Shown here piece by piece: positions 39,380 to 51,400 of a stretch of DNA of 64,000 nt. The position numbers and the translations under genes are program-made. The stretch covers positions 2,852,001-2,916,000 of the forward strand of contig NC_134028.1 of the NCBI RefSeq assembly GCF_964204645.1. The letters run 5' to 3'. A model generated the notes under the pieces. The model was not told the DNA's origin. It saw nothing but the letters and a program-made list of their open reading frames with translations, and ran no database searches. Source of the DNA: Tubulanus polymorphus. Its lineage: Eukaryota; Animalia; Nemertea. Within the stretch, counting starts at the first letter, position 1. Every line of letters begins with the position of its first letter.

Positions 39380-42300
39380 AGAGTTTAATTTTGCTTTTAC
39401 TGGCAAAATAAATCTAATGGTGCTAATGGAGGTGATGGTTCAGGCGTAGTGCTGCTCACAGAGAACAGTGACTGTAACTCCTACAGTACTGCCAATGGCT
39501 TCTGTACCTCTAAGCATGGACGTATATACGTCAATACGAAAATGATTTCCTGAGAAACATGCATGCTCTCAATTGGAGGGAGTGATTAAGTCAGTGTGAT
39601 GAAACATTCGACATATTTTATAAAAGATTTCCAATAAAACATTCATAGAAATTCATTGATGAATCATTTTTGTTCATAGTTTATTTCGTAGATGAGGATA
39701 GAGTCATTTTATTTTCAATGCCTATTGACTATCACTAAACTTTCACCTCTTTCTATCTTCTTAAAGCTGAACTGACAAAGAGGAATCCACATATCCACAA
39801 ACCTATCCCTCAACAAACACAGCAGCCAAATAATTAATAGTCCTTTGAGCTCTGATGACATGTGACAGTGAAAAACTAAGATTGAACTTAAAACAAAAAC
39901 TAAAAAATTGAAACAACTGATTTGGCATCTACATTTTTTTTTAATATTTTACTGTGCTTTGATAGAGATTCATACAATACATTTCCATAACAATTCCTTC
40001 TATAACAAATCTTTACATAACAATCTTTTAAATTTTCACCAATGTTTTCACTGACCGATGCATATACCTTAACTATGTCTTGGAACAGACAACAAGTCCT
40101 CAGAAAGAAAAATTGGTCTTAATTAGAGAAATATCTATTCACAAAACTCATTTGACTTCAGTGAAAATTTCGAACCTTTTCATGTACAACCAACCAGTCA
40201 TTTTAACCATAACCAAACTAGATCGGATGTGATAGGGAAAGGAGTACACAACATCAAGGCAAATACAAGCATTGAAAAAAACAACCATTTGTATACTATA
40301 GATCAAATTCCCTGGACTATTCAGTATTAGCTTTTTACCATTATTGCTTGAATGACACATTAATTTTGTGTAGAAATTCCACAAAACATTAATATGAATA
40401 TACATAAGTACTCGTATGAATAATCATCAATGTGACTGGTTCATTTCCATTCAGAGAGTCGGTGATCCAATATGACCTGGCATCTTTATAACCTGACCTA
40501 AGTACAGAGAGCTATTAAGTAACAATTATGCAATAAATATTCAAAATATTCCCAGCAGAATACATCAGTCCAAACATAAATAGGTCATTTTCTTCAAAGT
40601 TCTGTTGAATTCAAAATTTGGACACATAATTTATGATGAAAAGTACTGTTGAACAATCTAACTATTGGGAAGGGCACATATGTCTAGGCCTACTTACAGA
40701 ACCAATTGAAAATGGACGGTTTATCAGTATTTTGCACGGCACGTTTTGGTCGTCAGCAGTTTAGACAATCATAGGCCAGTCAAATATAGTTACATCAATG
40801 ATCTCTATATAAAAAATATACAATTTTGTGTGAAGAAAAATTTCAATTAAGACACATCTCGATAAAAATGATGTACATTTAGACGAGGAATAGGTTTGAT
40901 TTTTGCACCGGACGGTTCTCTATAGATTTGATTTTGATTATCGAAGTACATTTCAGTTCTCCAAATAAAATATTTATCAGCAGTAGAGAAATACAGCAAT
41001 AAACAAATAGATTCATTTGTATGGAAGAAATTGAAGGCATTTGGCATAAATTGATGCCATCAATCACAAGATTTTTAAGCATGGTTAACTGTTCTTTCTG
41101 ACATTGTTTCTGGTAATATTATTCCCAATTGAAATTAACTATTCTTTGTAGGCTACCGACAGAAACAAGGTTCGCCAGAACAAATTATCTAGTACAACTC
41201 TTTATGGTCAATTTCTAGCAAAACCGTTATCCATGACAGCTCAGTTACTTAGTAATTCAAATTTATGTACAAATAAAACATTTTAGTTAAAAAGCCAATT
41301 AATTACAAGCAGAAATACATGATCAGAAAAGAGTATTTCATAATGGACGGAATGTTCTATTATTGATGGCAATGCTATCTTTCATACAGAGATAGGCATT
41401 GATAACCTGAACAAATGATTTTGTGTTACAATATAATTAAAGCAATTTCAATCAGCATTATCTACGAATAAATACAACTGAAATGTTTGCAAAACCATTC
41501 TGCGAATCGAGGGATTTATACCGAAATATAGAATATGAGTACACAGGTTTTAACATAATTTCACGCATAAAAATATAATAATGAACATTGTAATTAAACA
41601 CAGTAGGACTACCTATACATCTGTAATGATAATTTCAGTAAAATAAATGCATTATTTTCAACAGACTAACGTAGAGCAGATATATATGTTCTCTGCGACC
41701 TGAAGATATTAATCACAGTAGACTCAAAAAACAACAAAAGCAAAGCAAATTTCAATTACTGGAAATTGCAATTTCATCTATCAATAATGATACATTACCC
41801 AATGTTAAAATCTTCTCGCCATACTTATATCTTGAGTTATATCTCAAACCAAGACAATTGCACCGATTGCCATTAACCAAAAAGCTACGGGTCACTCATC
41901 ATTGGTAGAAAATATCAATGAATCGGTTACCGTTTTGAATATAACAGATAAAATGCATTTGCCGGTATGTTGTTCACTGAGACTACTAAACGAGGACACA
42001 TTTTAAGAAAAGCGAGAATATATCAAAATATACAAATATATGATAATAATAATCATAATAATAATAATAAGACAATGATTCAAGAACAATAATACTAACA
42101 ATGACAACTAGCTAAGAGTAGTAAAATCTATTCATTATTTCACAGATCGTTTGATATGCTTTCCTGGGCGTGATTAAGAGAATCGTAATATGAATTTTCA
42201 AATTCGAGTTTGATCAAAATTCTTCACAATTCACAGCAATCCAGTTTATAGTGTAAGCGATGGAGACAATCATATATCTATGAGTAGTAAATAGTAAGAT

Positions 42301-42427
42301 GTATGAACAGCAACACACTTATAATAGTTAATGTACAACAGACGTGCTGGCAGTAGAGGTTGTGGTCACAGCAGTTTTTCTACGCAGACGGATTTCGATA
42401 TGATGTATATATTCAGCAGCTCTGTGT

Positions 42428-45400
42428 TTACACATTTGTGGTGTTCATCCTTTCATCCTGAAAAAATATCAAATGATGAAACATTGATTTAATCGATTAA
42501 TACCACAATGAAAATGGTTAAATTTTTTGAGGGGCAATTCTATTCAAATTTTCTATTTCACCGCAAAAAGCACTTTCCTATTGAAAAAGGGCAGATCTAA
42601 AATATAAAGTGCCCGGGTACCTGAATAAATTATTTGAGAATGGATTACTTTTCGTTTTCCAAAAGAAACAACATGAATATTATGTCCAAATTTCTAAAAT
42701 CTTTTTACGCTGACTTTTCGAAGGGCAAAAATTTTAGAGGGTTCGTTTGCTATCCCTGAATCCACCTCGGCATGGGTCTGGTTCACATGATATTCTAGGT
42801 CAAGCTATGATTGACAAGATTTATGGCCAGTCTCGCTAAGACACATTTCAATTCTGGAAAAGGCATTCAGGAAAACATCAGTTAAGGTAAATTCAAGTTT
42901 ACATATTATATGGTGTTCATTCATGGGTAGTAACTTCATCATCTAATGTAACTACATTCTACAAGCAAAGACATGTGAATCTATTGTTTTAAATCTAAGT
43001 AAACTGGTAAAATCAACAATAAAAGACAGGATAAACGCATGCAACTAGTGAAGCTCTATCTAAAACTTTTATGAATTATGAAAACATTACTCAACAAAAT
43101 TGTCTTGTTTTTGAAGAAATGCAATCTATATGGAATCATTACTCAAATTTCTATTGGAAATTCGGATTCATCTTTGACGGCATTTCCTCTGACAAAACTG
43201 AGTTAGAGGTAGGATAATGAAGTTAGAATGATAATTCTAATGTTTGAAGTGCAAATGTCATGCATTACCTCTATTTGTGACCGCTACCATTTATAAGGGG
43301 GTATGTTTACAACTATAAAACATAGAACAACAAATTTCATGAGAGTAAAAACTACTGTATGAACAAATTCATGTGAGATAGTGTCGAGAAAGAAAGATCG
43401 ATTATAAAGTTGGATCAAGAGGTACCAGATTGGATGCAGGAGATTCCTTCTCTTTAAATCTAACATTCACAACACTGATATTTAACCTTCTAACAGCATT
43501 TATGAACTTTCGCAACTCGAATGCAGAATACAACACAAAATAAAACAATGAATGAATCCTAATTACACGACAGACAACGACCACTCACCGGTGTTTGGGC
43601 AGAGCCCTGTCCAGAGCCCGGTCGTGAACCTTGCGATCGTGGTCTCATAGGACCACCTCTTCCAGTGCTGCCGCTAGGTGAACCTCCGCGGGCGCTGTTC
43701 GGACCGATCGACGTTTCCGAATCCCAGCGTTCTAATTCCTCACGTACTAAACGTTCCATTTGTTCGCGTTTGACTTCGTCACTCGTTCCATCGGACTAGA
43801 AAATAACAACATAACATATCAAACTCTGCGTATCATAGCATCATCAGTCAGAAAACTCTCTGAAATCAATTGGTCAGGTTTTCTCGATGTACATCTCAAT
43901 ACAAATACATAGTAAAACATCCCCGATATACCGCCATACTCTCTATACCACCAAAATCATTCTACACTGATGTTGGCTTAGTCTAGTACCTAGCGGTTGT
44001 TCGTTGTAGGGAACCGGTAACAGCGACTGGTATTCAGACTAATGTGGGCAGTATATCGGGGGTGGACTGTATAAGTAGTTCACGAAAAAGAATTTCGATT
44101 TGGTTGATTTGATTCATACCTCTGTGATGCTATCCAGTATTTTTCCCATTGTTTCGCGACGTTTCAGCTTCGCTTTCTCCATCGCCTCTAATTTCACTAA
44201 TACGGCGTCAATTTTCGACACGATGCTGCCGATCGAATGTTCCATACGATCGACGCGTCGCGATAATACCGTAAATTCTTCATACGATACGCCACCTACG
44301 ACTCGTCCGCCTCGTGATGATTTCGTGCCGCTGTCTTCGTCGTCGCTGTCTTCACCGCTGTCTTCGTTTAAACTGCTGCGACTCGGCTGACGGGCTGTAG
44401 CCGGTCGTCCTCCTTTCTCTAGTTCCTCATATTCTTTGTTCAAAGCAACCTGAAACATAAATTGTTAATTATTTGCAGAGACATAAAATCATGCCCAGAA
44501 CAACTGCTCACACAGGTGCCAAATGGACCCATGCCTGTTTGACCGGACCAAAAATGTCCCACCAGCCCCAAGTCAAATCTTAGCATGGGTCGAAAGAATT
44601 GTTTGATGTCCAGTGCGCGAAAAATCAGTCTTGGCATGGGTCGAAGGACAATCAGTCTCTAATTAAGCATGGGCCAAATTTGATCAGGGCTTGAATCGTA
44701 CTGTCTTACTTAGGGCTACACAATTACATGTAATTCATTTCTAAAAATTTCCAGAATCTTCTCCAGACTAATTGAACTTAGATTACCTTTTGTCCCTCAA
44801 GATCTGCTTGCATTTTGCGTTGTTCCTCTTCGTCCAGCACTCGATCGCCATCCAAATCATACTTAGCAAAAACAGCTTCAATTTCTGTATCGGCATACCC
44901 ACGCCTAAAGAGTATCAATAAGAAATCAAAAGTTGAACAGGGTGGCCACTTTTATTTGATTTCCTCTCATCCCCACGTCATTTTCCCAGACTGGGTCTAC
45001 TAAAAATCGAATGAATTAACAGTCAACTATGCAAGACATAGACGGAACTGATCTTACATGCGATCCATAGCCATCTGAACAAATTTCCCCGATTATATCC
45101 TGACTTTTTAGAGAAAAGAAAATTTCCCGCTCTTCCCTGATTTTCAGGTAAGTGGCCACCATGTTTAAGCATATTATTTAATTTTTCAGACATGTATCAT
45201 ACACTTCACATGTTTAGATACTCACGTTTTCAGATCCTGCCTCCATTCTTCGAAGTCGAGTTGCTTATCTTGATTTATATCGGCCGACTGAAGCGCTTTC
45301 TGAATATCAACGATCTTGTCTCGTTTCAGGCTCAGTTTATCGAGCATCTTATTGTAGCCCTGTGAAATAACAAAACAATATGAGATGCTAGTGTATAGTG

Positions 45401-48400
45401 AATAAGCATTTTTTTCACTAAAATATTTTCAATTCCTGAATCCTACTAACCATGAATTTTCAAGAACTAAGTCAAAATAAGAAATTGTGAGGTAGTAAAA
45501 ATTCTCGGTTATGAAACAGACGGATATAAAATCTGTTATCTTGTTTTGAACAGTCACTCATAGTCATATAGTCTTTAGCACCTCCCGGTACATAATGAAA
45601 TAAACTAAACACCAAACTTAACGATAAACAAGTCCACTGTAACTTTCACAAAAAATTTTAACATTTCTACATCGAATCGACTTCAAAATGCTCCTCATCA
45701 TCTTCAGTATCGGTCATTTCTGCGATGCAAATCTCTCTTAATTCATCCATTCTTTCGGCTTGTTTTTTCGCGTACATGTAATACATTTTACGCACACCTT
45801 CCAGCGTAGCCATCTGTAAACGTCTGTTGTGCATAAATGCGCGTGTATTATCCGCACAAGCTCGTTCGAACTGCACGTCCAAATGACGTAATTTCTGATC
45901 GATAACATTCACTTTTTGACACGCTGCTCGAAATTTCTTATCCAAAGCGAGGAATTCTTGTACGGCTGTTGATGACATTTTCAGATATTTCTTTAACCGA
46001 GTCAATGATTTTTCTAATTGACGAAGAGAAGGTTCTCATTGAGCTCTATGAATGAACTGACAGTTATGGCAATTAGGTTTTATACCAACCAGGAGGACAA
46101 CACAAAGCCCAATTTCATCGACCAATCAAAATGTAGCCCTAATTTATTAAGGTGTGAACCAAACAGCTGGGAGGCATAGTACAAATACCCAATAAAAACA
46201 CACTATAGATTGTATAGATTAATCAGACACCAATAATGCAATTAAAATACTATCCTTACTTTGATGGTCAGTAATGATAAAAATCATACTTTACTTAAGT
46301 AATACTTTGTCAATGATTATTGTAAATGCGCAGTTTTTGTTAGATATTGTATTATAATTCTCTTCATGCAGTAAATATAAAGAATTTTGAAAAAAAGAAA
46401 TATTATATCAAAACCTATTTTTCCAACTGATATGAAGTCTATTCTACGTTCTTTTTTTTGAAAAAGATATTTCATCTTTTAGGCCTCGCAGAATCTGATT
46501 AACAACTGGAAAATGTCAGATTATCAGATATCAATCCAACAATAAACTGATGTCTTCGAATCATTGAAATAATCATCACCTGCATCCTGGATATGGGCAC
46601 ACTTCCACCCCGAGGGCCAATATTGATGCTGGACAGAATAACTGAGAGCCAGGTGCCAATAGTGTCAGGTGGCAAACTATGTCAACATAGGATCAGGTGA
46701 CACCAAGTGGCTGAAGTGTGCTAATAAAAAGCAGCTCACATCATTCCCTAATATTTTCCCAGTCTTTGATACTACCACTGATAGACACACAGTTAATCCC
46801 TGATGAATGATTACATGCACTTCACACATTCCAACAGATTTTATCACCATTTACACTTGTCCAAAATCCCTTACAATCTCCCAGATTAAATCAGGGACTT
46901 TACTCCTTCATCAAACCAGATTTCATCACTTTCACCAGTAATCAAAGAGACAGATTACTGTATAATCAGCCAGATCAAATAAACATTACATACAAATCAT
47001 GTATAAATATTATGAATGAATTATCAAATGTTGAATTGCAATAATTCTACTGTATTTTTGAGATGATGACATAAAACCTAAAATATTATGTATAAATCAT
47101 ATGTTCAACTGATACTGGAATATGCGGACATAATATGGCATAATATTCCTAACAACTTAGTCATTGAAATCTTTAAAAAATTCAGCTAAGCACATTTAAG
47201 AGTGATCACTGGTCTACTATGAGAACTGACTGTAAGATTATATACCAGAGGTCAGCTTTCACGTCTACCCAACCACAGACTATTCTATTGCATTATAAAT
47301 CCGATAACCGACAACCTTGAAAGCACTTGCACATGGACGTATAACTAGTCCATGCTTGCACTAACCGTACATGAGAATAATTTGTATAGTATACTATATA
47401 CGCATAGTAAAATATATGGGCAAATACTGAATCGTTTTCAAAATCTTTCATTCCCCAAATAACCAAAGATTGAAAAAAAATTACTGCTTCATGTTAGATG
47501 TGATGACTTTTTTTAAGACTATGATTAAATCAATATCGTTCACCGGTGCAGTACTAGATACTCAAGAAAACTCGAGATATTCTCCTTTGCAGAATGCGAA
47601 TCAAAGCGAGTGACTGAACACTTATCTTCATAATGATTTTATACTAGATGATTACTAGTGCAGCTATGGGAGCATTGAAACTGCTGAATACCTTTTGTAT
47701 TTTCAGAATTTTGAGGCATCCTGCAATTTAATATTTAACGGAATTACCAATCACATTCCTTTTGATGCTATTAATATTGAACTGCTGATCCATGGATCCA
47801 GCCTTTACCATTAGCCATAAACATCATCATTTCAACAGTCGAAAACTTTGTATTAACTCAAAACACTTTGAACAAAACATCTACTTCATAATATACTTTA
47901 ATAAATACTGCATATTTATTCACTAATTCACGTATAATCAATAAAGTCAACTTGGTCATAGTTATATAGTCTATAGCACCTCCCGGTACACAATGAAATA
48001 AATTAAACATCAAAATTAACGATGAATCAAGTCCACTGTAACTTTCACAAAAACATTAACATTTCTTCATCGAATCAACTCGATTGTGCTTCATCTCTCG
48101 TATTGGTCATTTCTGCGGTACAAATATCTCTTAATTCTTCCATTCTATCGCCTAGTTTTTTCACGTACAGGTAATACATTTTACGCACACCTTCCAGCGT
48201 AGCTATCTGTGATTGTCTGTTGTGGATCAAAGCGCGCGAATCATCCGCATAAGCTCGTTCGATCTGCACGTCCAAATGACGTAATCTCTGATCAATAACA
48301 GTCACTTTTTGATACGCTAATTGAAATTTCTTATTCACGACGTAGAATTCTTGTACAGCTGGTGATGACATTTTCTGATATTTCCTTGAACCAGTTAATG

Positions 48401-51400
48401 ATTTATTCCAAGGGGTTTCTAATTGACCAAGAAAGAAGGTTCTCATTGAAGTCTATGAACGAACTGACAGTTATGGCAATTAGGATTTCAACCAGAGGAC
48501 AACACAAAGCCCAATTCCTGTCCAATCAGGACATAGGCATATTTCATTTAGGCATAATCCGCTGGAAGACATAGTACAAATACCCAATAAAAACACTCTA
48601 CAGATTAATCACATACCACCATATACTTACTTATATGCTCAATAATATTTACATAGAAGTTACGTAGGTCTATGATTACTGTATATGAATATATGTGCAA
48701 CTTGTATTAGAATATAATTTTCATAATTCTCTTCATGCAATAAATATAAAGAACCTTCAAACTTTATATCAAAATCATGCATTCTCTTTTTGAATAGAAG
48801 ATATTCAATCTTTTAGGCCTGGCATAATCTGATTAACAATTGGAAAATGTCAGATTATCAGATATCAATCCAACAATTAACTGATGACTTCAAATCATTG
48901 AAATAATCATCACCTGCATCCTGGATATGGGCACACTTCCACCCTGAGGGCCAGTATTGATGCTGGACAGAATAACTGAGAGCCAGGTGCCAATAGTGTC
49001 AGGTGGCAAACTATGTCAACATAGGATCAGGTATCAGCTTGACACCAAGTGACTGAAGTGTGCTTAAAAAGCAGCTCACATCATTCCCTAATATTTTCCC
49101 AGTCTCTGATACTACCACTGATGGACACATAGTTAATCCCTGATGAATAATTACATGCACTTCACACATTCCAACAGATTTTATCACCATTTACACTTGC
49201 CCAAAATCCCTTACAATTCCCCAGATTAAATCAGGGACTTTACTCCTTCATCAAACCAGATTTCATCACTTTCACCAATAAACAAAGAGACAGATTACTG
49301 TATAATCAGCCAGATCAAATAAACATTACATACAAATCATGTATAAATATTATGAATGAATTATTGAATGTTGAATTGCAATAATTCAAATGTATTTGAA
49401 TCCAACTCAGAAGCCATAAGTTGAAATTTGAATCTGACAACTCCTAACTATGGAACAGGATCCAACTGGATTTAAATGAGCTGGCTGACTTTCAGGCAGA
49501 CATAAATTTTACCGATCGTGGAAACATTACTTTGTCAAATAACTAAAATCAATAGATATAGCAAAGACATGTAACTAAGAGATAAACTACTCTATAGCAA
49601 TAAAAGGAAAGGTCATATTGCCCAGAAACCAACTCCAGTGATTGCCTTGCAATAAAGCGATATCATAACTGTTATACAAACAAAAGGAATAAATTATCGA
49701 TTGATCAAAGTAAATGCGTGATCAAAGGATGTTTATGGTGTAATATTGCACCCTTATTGTTCAATTAAACCTAGCAACAGTACAGCACATCTGTTTATAT
49801 TTCATTTCAATTCAAAAGTTTCACACAAAGAAATAATCATTTAGAAATTTCTAGAGATATTATCTACTATTTCAACACCTAAGATTTAGTGAGTTGCTCA
49901 CCTTCTTGAAGTAGTCGGCCATTTCAAATTCATTTTTCTGGTTGGCGATGTCGGCTTTAACTTCAGAGTACGTGTCGTTGATGATGGCCAAGAACATGTT
50001 TATCAAAACGAAGAATACGAAGAAGACGTAAAGCAGGAAATACAACGGACCGAGGATGTAATGTGCGCGTTCCATTTCGTGGAAATCGAAATCACCGAGA
50101 ATGATTCGCAACAGTGTAAACCTGCAATAATATCAACATCAGTAAGTTAGTTGAACATCTAAGGGTGTGGCCACCTAAGAAATCCCTCCCAGTTTTCCCT
50201 GATTTATCCATGTGATTACAAAAAAATCCCTGAGTGAATCAGAGAAATTTCTAGATTTAAAATGTTACAATTCATTCATTTTTCATTGAATCATCTATTG
50301 ATAAAGAAATATGTGGTCAATAACAGTATCCACATTCCCCAAGTTTTCCATCATCTTTTCTAGATTTTTCTGATTCTCTAGAGTTTTCCAGGTCGGTGGC
50401 CATCCTACATGTGCATGTTCAAATTTCGTATCAGTTGTCCAGGAAGGTGACCACAATCACAGTTTTTTTCATAAGAAATTTTAGTAACTTCAAGAACCAA
50501 ATTGAAACAACTTTATCATTTTTTCTTGTCTATAGAACTGACAATGGCCTTGCATTACAGATCCCCCCCTTTTATTTTCAAGTTGACCATGTACATCCAA
50601 CCGTTCTGAAGGTACTTACACAGCGTCGAAGAAGCTCTTGAAATCACGAATCTGCGTACCGAAAATCAGATAACCGAGCTGAGCGAAGGCGAAGAATATG
50701 ATGAAAAACATCACGAAGAATCCGGCTAAATCTTTGGCTGAACGACTGAGGGTTGATGACAGTTGAGTCATTGTCTTGTTGAAACTGATGTACTTGAATA
50801 CCTACAACAGAAATTATACAGAAGTATTTAATGCATTTCAACTATATATGTGTATTTTTCTTTTTGATTTCAACGTATTAAGCAATTTTCATCTTTCATT
50901 TTGGGATTTGGTTATTTCCGTTTTTTGCTTATACCTTGATCCATGAGAAGAAGATGGTGATCGCGACAGCGTTGTTGAATTCGACTTGATAATAGCTCAA
51001 CTTTTCGAAGTCCATGAAAGACTGGCTGTTTTTCAGTAACGTTTCGAGTTTCTGCGTAACGACGAGCGTACGATAGATGTTGAACGCGATACATACAATC
51101 GATATGATAATCACAATCACGTCGAGAATGTTCCAGAAACTCTTGAAGTACGAAAACTTGTGTTTCTTGATCTGTTGAAAATGATATTGAATTTATCGTA
51201 TAGGTTCAAACAACTAAAAAGAATGGAGAATTTTTCTCAGAAAATTGGCGTCTTATTTAGATATAGTTGGATAAATGAACGAGGGTCAAGTCAGCAGGCA
51301 TCTTAATTGAAAATGAACTCGTTTTTGGAGTTGATAGAGAATAATTAGAATGTAACTGGGTCCTAATTTTTGTTGGCGATGAGAAAAGATATCAGAAGTA

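Larger units (their letters stand above)
45558..49397. repeat. Tandem direct duplication of an approximately 1.5-kb unit (about 45558-47056 and 47957-49397) in PKD2 intron 9
   Basis: Colinear matches from tcatagtcatatagtc/tcatagttatatagtc through ttgaattgcaataattc, covering 3' flank, ORF, promoter and upstream block. Confidence 0.95.

Noticed and set aside
44100-44390. Plus-strand ORF here, and similar overlapping ORFs at 21639-22030, 58491-58712, 61359-61625 and 62469-62714
   Set aside because: Antisense shadows of coding exons on the other strand
45488-45510. let-7-like TGAGGTAGTA
   Set aside because: Match stops after 10 nt and there is no precursor hairpin
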